Shown here: piece by piece, positions 36,195-46,009 of the stretch
How positions within the stretch are numbered: the stretch's first letter is position 1
Layout of the letters: each line of letters opens with the position of its first letter
DNA from: a virus
Lineage: Duplodnaviria > Caudoviricetes
Length of the DNA: 64,000 nucleotides
Strand: one strand, 5' to 3'
Virus record (IMG/VR): IMGVR_UViG_3300020577_006613
Span: 36,329 to 100,328 of that record
Notes under the pieces: model-generated
The model's input: the letters and a program-made list of their open reading frames with translations, nothing else
What the model was told of the DNA's origin: nothing
The model's database searches: none
Program-made: the position numbers and the translations under genes

Positions 36195-36792
36195 GGGTCC
36201 AAACGGCGACTTTGGAAAGCCATGTATTGCTTTCTATAAGTACGATGGTAGCAACTTGCGCTTTGAGTGGAGTCCTAAGAAGGGCTGGAACAAGTTTGGC
36301 ACCAGAACCAGACTCTTCGATAAGTCAGATCCGGTCTTCGGCTCTGCTGTTGACCTTTTCATGGCAACCCAAGCGGAAGGCATTGAACGAGTCATTCGAG
36401 ACACGAAAGAGTTTCGTAACAACGAGCGAGTAACCGCTTATTGCGAGTTTTTTGGTCCTAAATCGTTCGCTGGCATTCACGACCTAGAAATCCCCAACGA
36501 GCCAATGGAACTCGTTCTTTTTGACATAAACCTTCATAAGAAGGGTATTCTTGGCCCAAGGGAATTTGTCAATCACTTCGGTCATCTCAAAACCGCTCAG
36601 GTTATCTATGAGGGCAACTTCAATCAGACGCTAATCGACGCTGTTCGTAATAGAACTCTTCCTGTTTGGGAAGGCGTCATTGCCAAGGGCGGCAACGGGC
36701 ACGATCTCTGGATGCGCAAGATTAAGTCGAACGATTACCTTGAAAAGTTGCGAGCAGTCTTTAGGGATGGTTGGGAAAAGTACGCAGAGTAA
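36172..36792 (+). CDS. compact ATP-dependent RNA ligase (Rnl2-like adenylyltransferase domain)
   Basis: YPSI, motif I KYDGSN, CEFFG, LFDI, EGVIAK, RKIK. Confidence 0.8.
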   Translation: MKEYPSIEGPNGDFGKPCIAFYKYDGSNLRFEWSPKKGWNKFGTRTRLFDKSDPVFGSAVDLFMATQAEGIERVIRDTKEFRNNERVTAYCEFFGPKSFAGIHDLEIPNEPMELVLFDINLHKKGILGPREFVNHFGHLKTAQVIYEGNFNQTLIDAVRNRTLPVWEGVIAKGGNGHDLWMRKIKSNDYLEKLRAVFRDGWEKYAE

Positions 36793-36796
36793 GGCT

Positions 36797-37135
36797 TCAG
36801 ATTTTGATGCCCTTCTTGACATCGCTGACGATATTGCCCCAATGACGAATGAACGCCTTCCTGACTCTGTTCTCAGCTTGCTTGGCTGTTTCATGGCCCT
36901 GCAACTCAACTGAGAAACAGCAGGCAATGCACATCTCCATAGCATTTGTGCAAGTAACGCCAGGTTCCTCGTTCATTTTGTAGGCAACAAGTTCAACAAC
37001 CCCTCGCCAGTCGTTAGCGTTAAGACCGTTATCAATCTGTTCTTTTGACGGAACAGGAAGGGCAATGTTATTTCCAATTCTCGGAGTTATCGAGAAGTCA
37101 ATACTTGTCGTGCTTGAGTCGAATTGAGTTTTCAC
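36797..37135 (-). CDS. hypothetical protein
   Basis: Coupled to upstream minus gene. Confidence 0.65.
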   Translation of the reverse strand: MKTQFDSSTTSIDFSITPRIGNNIALPVPSKEQIDNGLNANDWRGVVELVAYKMNEEPGVTCTNAMEMCIACCFSVELQGHETAKQAENRVRKAFIRHWGNIVSDVKKGIKI

Positions 37136-37917
37136 TTGATCAGTTTCCTGTTCCGAAGATCCTGCAAGATAGTTTCTGCCGACTGTCGGGCAGTCAAATT
37201 GCGACTGTTTGCGGCTCTTGCGCGAGCAGCAGGGCTATACCTTTCCTCCCATTCCTTGCGATCCTTTTCAGCTTCTTTTTGCTCAGGAGGCCAAGCTTTG
37301 CCCTCAGACTCATAAAGAATCTTGGAGATTTCCTTAGACAAAGCCTTCCTGGATTCAAGTTCCTTTTCGTTGAGTCCGTTACCTGATTCTCCGAAATGAA
37401 GACGCAGATCGCTTTTGGAAAGGATGGTCTTTTCAGTGAAGTCAATCTTTGCGGCAAGGGCAGCCTCAAGATACTCAACGCAAAGAGCAAGAAACTCAGC
37501 CTTTACGTTGTCAGGGATTGACCAGACAGCATAGTATTGACAGAATGTTGACAGCATGAACGAACGAGGAACTTCCTCTCTTTCCTGGTTCATTTGAAGA
37601 TATCTCTTCGCAAGATCTTCAACACTCTCGCCTCTCATTGAAGCGCTTTGAGCAATGGTCTTTTGGGCGTGTTCCAGTTGATGCTTCCAAAGCATATCTT
37701 CGACTGACGGAGCCTTACCTTTGCGAACAAGGCTCATCATGCTCTTGTACTTTTTGTCAGGATGAGAGTAAAGAAGCTCTCCATCCTTCCAGTAAAAGTT
37801 GCTAGATGTCATCATGCTTTCAAGGCATGAAAGACGGTTTCCGTAAATAGACGGATATAGCAACTGACAAGTCAGGAACATCGTTTCAGCATTTGTTGAG
37901 CCTGCTGTCTTTTGCAT
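37132..37917 (-). CDS. hypothetical protein
   Basis: ATG 37917 (MQKTAG), minus-strand 11-mer 46 nt upstream. Confidence 0.7.
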   Translation of the reverse strand: MQKTAGSTNAETMFLTCQLLYPSIYGNRLSCLESMMTSSNFYWKDGELLYSHPDKKYKSMMSLVRKGKAPSVEDMLWKHQLEHAQKTIAQSASMRGESVEDLAKRYLQMNQEREEVPRSFMLSTFCQYYAVWSIPDNVKAEFLALCVEYLEAALAAKIDFTEKTILSKSDLRLHFGESGNGLNEKELESRKALSKEISKILYESEGKAWPPEQKEAEKDRKEWEERYSPAARARAANSRNLTARQSAETILQDLRNRKLIK

Positions 37918-38029
37918 GAATAGACCCTTGAGAAAAACCTTATCACTTTGGGAAAGCGTAGGAAAGTCTAGCCTCAACACCCTTCGTGAACCAAGAAACA
38001 AAAAGCAAATCTTGGGTCGAAATAAGGGA

Positions 38030-38896
38030 ATGAACAGAACATATGGCGGACACATTGACGACCGTAAAAGAGAAGACATCAATCTGCACAAAGATGCGGC
38101 CTCCCGCATCGAGGCTATTTACAAGAGCCTTGGTAAGTCGCTCGTTTCTAACGACGACGAATCTATTATGAAGAATTGTTATCATTGGGTAGACTCTGAT
38201 GATAACAAGATACAGGTGATTGCCGCCAGAACCTTGCGCAGCGAGAATGGCCCTGCTTTGGTTGTTGAGAGCAAGGGTATTAGAATGTACAGCAAAAAGA
38301 CCCGTAAGGGGTATCATATGCCTGGTCGCATTAGAGACAGTAAGGCAGATGTTATCTTTTTCGTTTTGTATATGGAAGACTCAACAGTTAGAATCGTTGA
38401 GATCGCTCCCAAGGCTCTCGTTGATTACCTTGATAGATTTGCAGATGCACAGAGAGTAATGGCGAAGTTTCCAGAAGACGAAAGCAGACAAGCTAGAAAG
38501 AGAGCTATCGCCAACTGGAATTCAGCGCTCAAGATAGACAGCAAGGGAAAGATTCGCATGGTCACTCCAATAACAGTACATGAGCTTGTTTCTCTTTCAA
38601 ACAAGAACTCATTACTTCGAGTAGACGCCCTTCCTGCAAACTCGCTTACTCATTCGTTCGGAAATGATGACTCCATCGAAGATGCTGATATATTCTCAAC
38701 CAGCAATACTCCTGCTCCTGTCATCGCTCCTGTCATTACTTCTGCTGCACCAAAGAAAAAGGCAGCAAAAGAGACAAAAGCTCCCGTCGCTCCAATGGTT
38801 TTCAGCATCAACATCGAAAGCGGCGACACGAAGTTTGGTACATCAAATGTCTCGATAGAGAAGGTCAGGAAGATTGTTGAAATTCTGATTGGCTAA
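38030..38896 (+). CDS. hypothetical protein (possible PD-(D/E)XK-like)
   Basis: AAGGG RBS; VVESKG, ADVIFFV. Confidence 0.6.
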   Translation: MNRTYGGHIDDRKREDINLHKDAASRIEAIYKSLGKSLVSNDDESIMKNCYHWVDSDDNKIQVIAARTLRSENGPALVVESKGIRMYSKKTRKGYHMPGRIRDSKADVIFFVLYMEDSTVRIVEIAPKALVDYLDRFADAQRVMAKFPEDESRQARKRAIANWNSALKIDSKGKIRMVTPITVHELVSLSNKNSLLRVDALPANSLTHSFGNDDSIEDADIFSTSNTPAPVIAPVITSAAPKKKAAKETKAPVAPMVFSINIESGDTKFGTSNVSIEKVRKIVEILIG

Positions 38897-38943
38897 GCTA
38901 GTTTGATTTTGTGCTATTCCTCCTCACATAGAATAGACGACAC

Positions 38944-39056
38944 ACCGAGCCTAGCCCTTTGTGGCGTTGTAACGAAGGGAAGTCCCAGAGGGAGTTTCGA
39001 AGGCCCCTCACCTTTCAAAGCTAGGAAGGCACAACCTGGGCGACTGCTGGTTTGGT
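38944..39056 (+). ncRNA. candidate structured RNA upstream of rtcB
   Basis: Nested stems and a potential pseudoknot (see findings). Confidence 0.45.
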
Positions 39057-39100
39057 AGGGGATTTATTTCTCTTGCCAGACTTTCAAAAAGGAATGGTAT

Positions 39101-40372
39101 ATGGAAGCTGTAACCGAAAAGCTTGGTCCTGTTGTGATTCCCCCAGAAGAAACCGGAGGAGTCCCTGTCAAGTGCTGGACAAAGGATAAAGATCCTGAAA
39201 CCGGCAAGCCCATCCTGAATCTGGAAGCAGGCGCAATCCGCCAAGCTAGCGAGGCAGCTAGACTTCCTTGCGTTTTCAGGCACGTTGCCCTCATGCCTGA
39301 CGCTCATACGGGCTTTGGAGTACCTGTAGGTTCAGTGCTTCCTCTTGTTAACGCAATTTCCCCGAATGCCGTGGGCGTGGATATCGGGTGCGGAATGTGT
39401 GCATGGAACTCAGGAATTAAGGTTACGGACCTCGATGTTCGCAAGCTTATGACGGCTATTAAAGATGATGTTCCTGTTGGCGAAGGCAAGAATCGCACCA
39501 ATAGCGACCTTTGGCTTGGGCATAAGCGCATCGTTGACCATATTGCTGATGTCGAGAAAAAGGTTCAAGAGGCAAAAGAACTTTGCAAGACTCTTGATTA
39601 TCCTGAGTGGGGACGCGCAAGAATCCAGATTGGAACTCTTGGCGGCGGTAATCACTTCATTGAACTTCAAGAAGACGGCGAAGGCAACGCCTGGTTCATG
39701 CTTCATAGCGGTTCAAGAGGCCTTGGCGCTCAACTCGCAAAGAAGTTCCATCATCTTGCGGTTCAAACATGCAAGAAATACTACACTCGCCTTCCTAATG
39801 AAGAATTGGCATTCTTGCCTACTGACTCCGATGAAGGTCAGTGGTATATCGCAAGCCTTCTTGCTGCGCAAGACTATGCGCTCGCTAATCGCTTGTTGAT
39901 GATGATCTGTTGTCAGGAAGCAGTTAGAGAACAGCACCACCAGACAAATCCTCTCAAGGATATCATCAATATCCACCATAACTACGCGACCATCGAGAAC
40001 CATTTCGGTCAGAATGTTTGGATTCACCGCAAGGGAGCAACGCTCGCTCGCAAGACGACCGTTGGCATTATTCCTGGTTCCATGTGCAGCAAGAGCTATA
40101 TCGTAAAGGGCAAAGAAAACCCTGACAGCTTTAACTCATGCTCGCACGGAGCAGGTCGTCCTTACAGCAGAACCGAAGCGAGAAGGCGAGTCAAGGAAGG
40201 TATTGACCCTTCTCAAGCATCGCAGCTTGGTAATGTTGAGCTTTATGGCGTTCGTGAAGCTCACGACGAACTTGGCTCTGCATACAAGAACATTGATGTT
40301 GTTATGGACAATCAGAAAGACCTGGTTGCCATTCAAACAGAATTGAAGCCTGTTGCCGCTTTGAAGGGATAA
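39101..40372 (+). CDS. rtcB: RtcB RNA 3'-phosphate/cyclic phosphate ligase
   Basis: MPDAH.G.G, VGVDIGCG, GTLGGGNHF, HSGSRG, HHNY, HRKGAT, PGSM, SCSHGAGR, YKNI. Confidence 0.97.
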   Translation: MEAVTEKLGPVVIPPEETGGVPVKCWTKDKDPETGKPILNLEAGAIRQASEAARLPCVFRHVALMPDAHTGFGVPVGSVLPLVNAISPNAVGVDIGCGMCAWNSGIKVTDLDVRKLMTAIKDDVPVGEGKNRTNSDLWLGHKRIVDHIADVEKKVQEAKELCKTLDYPEWGRARIQIGTLGGGNHFIELQEDGEGNAWFMLHSGSRGLGAQLAKKFHHLAVQTCKKYYTRLPNEELAFLPTDSDEGQWYIASLLAAQDYALANRLLMMICCQEAVREQHHQTNPLKDIINIHHNYATIENHFGQNVWIHRKGATLARKTTVGIIPGSMCSKSYIVKGKENPDSFNSCSHGAGRPYSRTEARRRVKEGIDPSQASQLGNVELYGVREAHDELGSAYKNIDVVMDNQKDLVAIQTELKPVAALKG

Positions 40373-40375
40373 CTC

Positions 40376-40669
40376 ATGCCTCCTATCAAGCCTAGCGAAG
40401 TGTCCAAGCAAATTCCTGAACAGGTATTTGAGGCCTTCAACCACTTCATAAATCAAAATCACAACGGAACATATTCCGTTGTCAAGCAAGAAGAAGTGGT
40501 GCAAATGCTTGTTAGTTCTGGCATGGATAGAAGTGAGATTTTCAGCAAGCGAATGCTTGACGTAGAAGGACACTACAAGAAGGCTGGATGGGATGTAAGC
40601 TACGAAAAGCCAGCATATAATGAATCTGGCGAGGCTTATTTCACTTTCAAGAAAGCGAGCAAAAGATGA
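40376..40669 (+). CDS. conserved phage hypothetical protein
   Basis: LDVE..Y..AGW.V.Y.KPAYNE. Confidence 0.7.
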   Translation: MPPIKPSEVSKQIPEQVFEAFNHFINQNHNGTYSVVKQEEVVQMLVSSGMDRSEIFSKRMLDVEGHYKKAGWDVSYEKPAYNESGEAYFTFKKASKR

Positions 40670-41115
40670 GTTTCTATTACCTTTTAATCCGCAAGGGAAT
40701 GACCGGCGGCTCGGCTCGCGCTATCTATAAGATGCTGTGTACCTCTCCAGGATGGGTAGACCAGCCATCAAAAGGGTGTCTTGATTTCGCTGCGCTTGGA
40801 GTCATTACGCACTCTATCTGTTGGAGTGTTGAAGAAGCAGCAAATCAGCAGGAAGCTGACTCAAGAGTGAAGTACATTAATAGCCAATCAGCAAAAAATG
40901 GCTATGATGCTTTCTGTATCAGCTTTGAAGATGCCATGAAGATTGAAAAGGGCGAAGAAGTTAACGAGTCACCAGGAACTCTGCTTCCTGAAGTAGTAAA
41001 CCTTCTTCGAGAAACCTATCTCAAGAAGAAAGAGGCTGGCGAAGAGACTCCTGATGTTATCATCGTCTCGAAAGAAGAACTCGAAAAGAGAATTGGAAAA
41101 CAAGATGGAACTTGA
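40666..41115 (+). CDS. hypothetical protein
   Basis: ATGA overlap. Confidence 0.65.
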   Translation: MSFYYLLIRKGMTGGSARAIYKMLCTSPGWVDQPSKGCLDFAALGVITHSICWSVEEAANQQEADSRVKYINSQSAKNGYDAFCISFEDAMKIEKGEEVNESPGTLLPEVVNLLRETYLKKKEAGEETPDVIIVSKEELEKRIGKQDGT

Positions 41116-41368
41116 GAACATCGCATCTGAGTTGCAGTTTTGGGCAAGACGCTACGCCGAAGGCAGACAAAGCGTTGCTTGTTCTGTCGTTAACGATCTT
41201 ACGGAAAAACTCATTCTTCAAGGCGTTAATTGCAATCCAGAAACTGCTGGCGAAAGAGAAGGTAGCATCTGGGCTTATGACGGCGACCCAAGATGCTGCA
41301 ATGCAAAGTTCTTTGAAGAAAAGTACGGCAAAACTGGCGAGAAAGTCAAACAAGGAAAGACAGAATGA
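41105..41368 (+). CDS. hypothetical protein
   Basis: ATG 41105 (MELENIAS). Confidence 0.65.
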   Translation: MELENIASELQFWARRYAEGRQSVACSVVNDLTEKLILQGVNCNPETAGEREGSIWAYDGDPRCCNAKFFEEKYGKTGEKVKQGKTE

Positions 41369-41721
41369 GCGGAACCTATCAAATAGCCCTCTGTACTCGT
41401 CGCAAGATGCCAGTTGGACGAAGGCAGGACGGCTGGACTTACCTTCCGTCAGAAGCAAGATTTGATCTTGTTGCTATGGTTCAAATCAAGTCAATAGAAA
41501 CTGAAGTTGTTGAATACAACGGCAAATACTACTCATACCTTGAAGAGCAATTCAGCGGCTGTGACATCTTTTTGGAAGTTGGGTTTGAAAAGATAGAAGA
41601 CACTACTCCCAGAAAACATAGATTTGGTCCTCCGCTAACTTCTCATGGAGAGACATGCGCAGTATGCGGTATCCATAGCAATTCATCTGATGGTGATAAG
41701 GACTGCCCAGGCAGTGACTAA
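41365..41721 (+). CDS. hypothetical protein, C-terminal H..CxxC Zn site
   Basis: ATGA overlap. Confidence 0.6.
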   Translation: MSGTYQIALCTRRKMPVGRRQDGWTYLPSEARFDLVAMVQIKSIETEVVEYNGKYYSYLEEQFSGCDIFLEVGFEKIEDTTPRKHRFGPPLTSHGETCAVCGIHSNSSDGDKDCPGSD

Positions 41722-42277
41722 AAAGGCTCTCTATCTTGGCTTAGCGATGATTGCTCTTGGCTTTGCGGGAGGAGTTGTTACAACTCTACGCATTATGAAG
41801 CCAGACAAGAGTAGCATTGCTTTTGTCAATCCTGACTTCTCTAGCCTTGACCTTTGCGACGTTCAGCATGTTGCGGATGGAGATACTTGCACTCTTAAGC
41901 TTCCCAACGGCGATACTGCCAAGATTCGCCTTGTTGGTGTCGATACACCAGAAACAGTCGATCCTCGTAAAGAAGTTCAGTCCTATGGTCCAGAAGCGTC
42001 AACTCATCTCAAGAACCTCTTACAAGGCGAAAGAGTCTGGTTGGAATCTGCTTCAAAACCTGACAAGTATGGCAGAACTCTTGGATACTTGTATAGGTAT
42101 CCTGATGGCCTTTGTATCAATCTAGAAATTCTGCGCAACGGATATGGCCGCTATCCGACTCAGTATCCCTGCAAGTACAAAGAGGCTTTCATGGCCGCTG
42201 CTGAAAAGGCAAAAGAATCTGGCAAGGGTCTTTACAATGAAGAACCCAAGAAGCCAGCAAGAAAGAAAAAGCCATGA
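41714..42277 (+). CDS. thermonuclease (SNase-like), membrane-anchored
   Basis: DGDT, IRLVGVDTPE, DKYGRTLGY, A.....KGLY. Confidence 0.9.
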   Translation: MTKKALYLGLAMIALGFAGGVVTTLRIMKPDKSSIAFVNPDFSSLDLCDVQHVADGDTCTLKLPNGDTAKIRLVGVDTPETVDPRKEVQSYGPEASTHLKNLLQGERVWLESASKPDKYGRTLGYLYRYPDGLCINLEILRNGYGRYPTQYPCKYKEAFMAAAEKAKESGKGLYNEEPKKPARKKKP

Positions 42278-42603
42278 GCAAGACTCCTGCTGAAATAGAT
42301 GCTCTACTAATAAGTTGGTACGACAATTCCAGCTTCTGCTCTTTTTGGCACATGATGGTTAAACAAGAAGGCTATGAAGAACTCATTTCTATTGGATACC
42401 CAGTAGTACCTCGCATACTGAAGCTAATCAATGAAGGCGAAATATGGATTGGATACTCGCAGCTTCTTTGCGTTTTGACCAAAGAAAAACCTGACTACCA
42501 ACCAGAAATGGTTGGAGGATTTGCTGCGTTCAAGGTTTCTGATTTTGCCCAATCTTGGATTGAATGGGCAAAGAAAAAGGGAATAGAAATTCCCAAGGAG
42601 TAA
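42274..42603 (+). CDS. hypothetical protein
   Basis: ATGA overlap. Confidence 0.65.
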   Translation: MSKTPAEIDALLISWYDNSSFCSFWHMMVKQEGYEELISIGYPVVPRILKLINEGEIWIGYSQLLCVLTKEKPDYQPEMVGGFAAFKVSDFAQSWIEWAKKKGIEIPKE

Positions 42604-42605
42604 GA

Positions 42606-43058
42606 ATGAAAAGCTTTATCAACCTTACAGCAATTGCTGTCTCAGTTATGGCGTTTGTAGTTTCAGCTATTACGCTTTCTGGATGCTGCGACAGAAACGC
42701 TACCCCGCAAATCGTCAAGTATCCTCATGTCGAGAGGGTCTTCATGCACGATCCAGGACAATACAGCTTTCTCTACAGAGACGAATCGAGCAATCAGTTA
42801 TTGTCTGTTAGCAGCAGGATCTTTGGCGGAGATAACTATAGAGCTAAAAGTTTTCTTGTGGCCGATGTCAAGAAGGAAGACTTTTGTTGGGCAGAAGTAG
42901 ACATGAATAACTACACCATAACCATACACGTTCATGATGCTTCCGAAATTTCCGGCGGAGGCTGGAATCATGGAAAGTTTGGCTCTGGTTCAACAAGCCC
43001 TGTTGACGGCTTTTCCACAAATGATGCCACAATGCCCACAATGCCCTCTGGCGACTGA
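42606..43058 (+). CDS. putative lipoprotein
   Basis: GGAG RBS; lipobox LSGC. Confidence 0.7.
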   Translation: MKSFINLTAIAVSVMAFVVSAITLSGCCDRNATPQIVKYPHVERVFMHDPGQYSFLYRDESSNQLLSVSSRIFGGDNYRAKSFLVADVKKEDFCWAEVDMNNYTITIHVHDASEISGGGWNHGKFGSGSTSPVDGFSTNDATMPTMPSGD

Positions 43059-43112
43059 GCCAAGGCTAGACTTTCTTTCGCAATCCCTTCATTAGCCCTC
43101 AAAGGACTTCAA

Positions 43113-44147
43113 ATGAAACTTACTTTCTTCGGTACAAGAGGCTCCATCCCAGTTGCTGGAAATCAGTACAAAGAGTTTGGCGGGAATACAACCTGTCTTG
43201 GAATCCAGAGCGAATGCTTTCCTGAAGATTTTGGACTCTGCATTGACTCTGGTAGCGGGTTCATTCCTGCCTCTAAGAACGCTCTCCAAAACAAGAAACT
43301 CAAAGACTTTCATGTTCTCCATACCCATTGGCATCACGACCATACTCAAGGTATGACAATGAGCGCCTTGACGTTCAACAAGAATGTCAAGATGAATGTT
43401 TGGGGACCAGTTGAGGGCGACTATGGACCTCGCGAGATCATTAAGCATCTCATGAAGCCACCCTTCTTCCCCATCGACTTTGCCCGTGTTGGTTCTCACT
43501 TCGAGTTCTTCACGATTGAGAATCCTGACAGCAAGATCATCGCTATTCACAAGACAGGCGGCATCGTTATGATGACGCAAGAAGCCTTTGAGCGAGGCGA
43601 AGACTTTGTTTCTTTCGGTAAGAAAGGAACTTATCCTGTCAGCGATTGCATGATTGTTCGTATGCGTTGGACTAATCATCCTGAGCGGACAATCTCGTAT
43701 CGCTTTGAAGAAGGGCCTACAGGTCAGGTTTTTGTGTTCTTGACTGACCATGAAAATCAGGCTGAACTTTCCAAAGACATGCAGCGCCACCTCTATAATG
43801 CGGACCTCCTTGTAATGGATAGTCAATACAAGACAGAGCAGTATCGCATGTTTACGGCTGGCTTCGGACATGGTACTCCTGACTACTGCGCTGGTGTTGC
43901 GATAATGACTGGCGCAAAAATGCTCGGCTTGACTCACCATGCTCCCGAATCTTCTGATGAAGATGTTCGTCAGATTGTTGAAGACGCTAGAACTCACATC
44001 AAGAACGCAATGGTTGATAACGCTCATAACCTTTCTGGATTTGAGGCTCCCATTGTCTTTGCTTGCGGAGACTATATGGAAATCAATCTTTCAAACGAAC
44101 CCGTTTTGTCTGGAAGCATTGGAACAGAAACAAAAAGTCGTGCCTAA
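43113..44147 (+). CDS. metallo-beta-lactamase-fold hydrolase (RNase Z/PhnP-like)
   Basis: GTRGSIP, GGNTTC, HWHHDH, TDHE, GHGT, THH. Confidence 0.88.
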   Translation: MKLTFFGTRGSIPVAGNQYKEFGGNTTCLGIQSECFPEDFGLCIDSGSGFIPASKNALQNKKLKDFHVLHTHWHHDHTQGMTMSALTFNKNVKMNVWGPVEGDYGPREIIKHLMKPPFFPIDFARVGSHFEFFTIENPDSKIIAIHKTGGIVMMTQEAFERGEDFVSFGKKGTYPVSDCMIVRMRWTNHPERTISYRFEEGPTGQVFVFLTDHENQAELSKDMQRHLYNADLLVMDSQYKTEQYRMFTAGFGHGTPDYCAGVAIMTGAKMLGLTHHAPESSDEDVRQIVEDARTHIKNAMVDNAHNLSGFEAPIVFACGDYMEINLSNEPVLSGSIGTETKSRA

Positions 44148-44186
44148 AGAACGTAAGGCTAGACTTTAGACGAAAAACCCAACAGC

Positions 44187-44720
44187 ATGACCAAGAAACC
44201 CTTATACCTTGCGGAGAAAGCGCTCTTTTCGAGCCGCTGGATACTCTTCATTTTGTATTCGGGTTTGAGCATTGGACTCGGGTTGTATTGCTACAAGTTC
44301 TGTATTGAGCTTTGGCATATGACCATCAAGATTCAAGAACTCTCAAGCGAAATGACAATGCTGGCTCTGCTCGGCCTTGTTGATATCGTAATGGTATGCA
44401 ACCTGGTTATCATGATTGCGATTGGCAGCTACTCAATCTTCATCCGAGAGATTAGTCCTGATGCGATTACTAATCGCCCTCGCTTCATGAACCACATCAC
44501 GGCCTCTGGTCTAAAGGTCAAGATGGGTTCCTCGCTAATCGGCGTTTCTAGTATTCATCTGCTCAAGAAGTTCATTGAAACTTCTGATGCGCATGGCGTG
44601 GTAAACTGGAATTCCATTGGCGCTCTACTCGCTATACATGGCATCTTCATTCTTTCTACGCTCGCTCTTGCATACATTGATCGTCCATTCCCTTCTCAAA
44701 AAGAAGACAAGCATCCATAA
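44187..44720 (+). CDS. yqhA: UPF0114/YqhA membrane protein
   Basis: FSSRW, LGLVD...V.NL, GSY..F, LKVKMG.SLIG.SSIHLL..F. Confidence 0.85.
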   Translation: MTKKPLYLAEKALFSSRWILFILYSGLSIGLGLYCYKFCIELWHMTIKIQELSSEMTMLALLGLVDIVMVCNLVIMIAIGSYSIFIREISPDAITNRPRFMNHITASGLKVKMGSSLIGVSSIHLLKKFIETSDAHGVVNWNSIGALLAIHGIFILSTLALAYIDRPFPSQKEDKHP

Positions 44721-44733
44721 GAAAGGATATTAG

Positions 44734-45501
44734 ATGTCAAACAGAAATAGCAGCAGCCGTAACCCGTTTCCAACCCTCATTCTTGGCGCAGGCGCAAATA
44801 CTCCGCCCGCCTCAACCCCATCAAACGCAATCACCCCAACCTTTGCGCAGGCAGGAACCGCTCTTGCTGCGTCGAACGCTGATGGAATCGAGGTTCCTCA
44901 GTACGATCTGATTGACCTGCCTCCCAACATTTTGAGAGGTCGCCACACTCGTCTGGTCTGCGCCAACTATCAGTATGACGCTTGTGATGGTAATACTCCA
45001 TCTGACGAGCATCGTGAATACCTGCAACTCTTCAAGATGGCGGCTTGCATCCTTCCGATGTGTCCTACCGAAGGCAAGTACCTCCTGATTCGCCAGTTCC
45101 GTTATCCTGCTTGGTACAACGCCAACAAGAATCAGTCAACCACTCTGAATGATGATGGCTGGTTGTATGAGGCTATCGCTGGCGTCATCGAGCCTGGCGA
45201 TACTCCCGAAGCAACAGCCGTTCGAGAAGCGCAGGAAGAAGGCGGCATTAGCATTGATCAGAATGACATTCGCAAGGTTCACCAGTGCTTCATGACTCCT
45301 GGCATTACCAACGAAGAAATGTCAATCTTCCTTGGCATCGTCAACCAGACATCTCCCATCGGGCAGACTGGTCTTGTTGATCAGGGCGAACATATGCGAG
45401 CCAAGTGGATGACTGCTGACGAGATTCGTCGCCTCCATGCTAACGGTCTTATCAGAGATGCCAAGACGCTTCTTGCTCTCTACGCCGCAAAGGTTCTCTA
45501 A
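44734..45501 (+). CDS. NUDIX hydrolase (ADP-ribose pyrophosphatase-like)
   Basis: LIRQFRYP, Nudix box AGVIEPGDTPEATAVREAQEEGG, TPG..NE, DAKT. Confidence 0.85.
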   Translation: MSNRNSSSRNPFPTLILGAGANTPPASTPSNAITPTFAQAGTALAASNADGIEVPQYDLIDLPPNILRGRHTRLVCANYQYDACDGNTPSDEHREYLQLFKMAACILPMCPTEGKYLLIRQFRYPAWYNANKNQSTTLNDDGWLYEAIAGVIEPGDTPEATAVREAQEEGGISIDQNDIRKVHQCFMTPGITNEEMSIFLGIVNQTSPIGQTGLVDQGEHMRAKWMTADEIRRLHANGLIRDAKTLLALYAAKVL

Positions 45502-45510
45502 GCCTCTCTA

Positions 45511-45954
45511 ATGCCTTCCAGACGGAAAACAACCAACGCCGAAGTGTGTCGAGCTATTATCCTTGATATGACTTCTCCCAAAGAGAGGCCAGCCATGATC
45601 AAGAAGCTCGATGCCATTCGCAAAAAGGTTAAACAAGAAGTCCGGCAGGAAAAAGAGAGACAAAAGGCTGTGAAGGAGAGAGTTGAACAGATTGTCAAGG
45701 AGTCGGCTGTGAAAGAGCAATCCATTGACAAATGCGATAAGATCCCGATCTCAAAGGCTATCGTGCCTTTCACGGGAGCGCAAGTCTGGGTCAACTATTA
45801 CTGGGTTGTTGTTGATGAATGTATCCTGTTCTACAAAAGAACAGCACCTCAATGCAACTCGAACAAGGAGCTTACCGAAAGAGTCAGAGATAAGCTTTAT
45901 CCTGGCGCTGAAGTAAGATTCATTCCTCTCGTCTACGGCACTATTCACTACTAG
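45511..45954 (+). CDS. hypothetical protein
   Basis: Fills gap; C-half VWVNYYWVV..APQCN. Confidence 0.6.
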   Translation: MPSRRKTTNAEVCRAIILDMTSPKERPAMIKKLDAIRKKVKQEVRQEKERQKAVKERVEQIVKESAVKEQSIDKCDKIPISKAIVPFTGAQVWVNYYWVVVDECILFYKRTAPQCNSNKELTERVRDKLYPGAEVRFIPLVYGTIHY

Positions 45955-45976
45955 CTTACCTAAGATAACAACCCCC

Positions 45977-46009
45977 AAACACCAGGCCTTTTATGGCTTG
46001 GTGTTTTTT
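45977..46009 (+). terminator. intrinsic terminator
   Basis: AAACACCAGGCC-TTTTAT-GGCTTGGTGTTT-TTT. Confidence 0.8.

Noticed and set aside
38981-38994. Twister ribozyme (GTCCCA..GAGGG resemblance)
   Set aside because: The segments are adjacent and lack the twister stem arrangement; kept only as an unclassified structured RNA.
39257-39266. GCTAGACTTC inside rtcB as another motif copy
   Set aside because: It is a partial match within coding sequence and compatible with chance.
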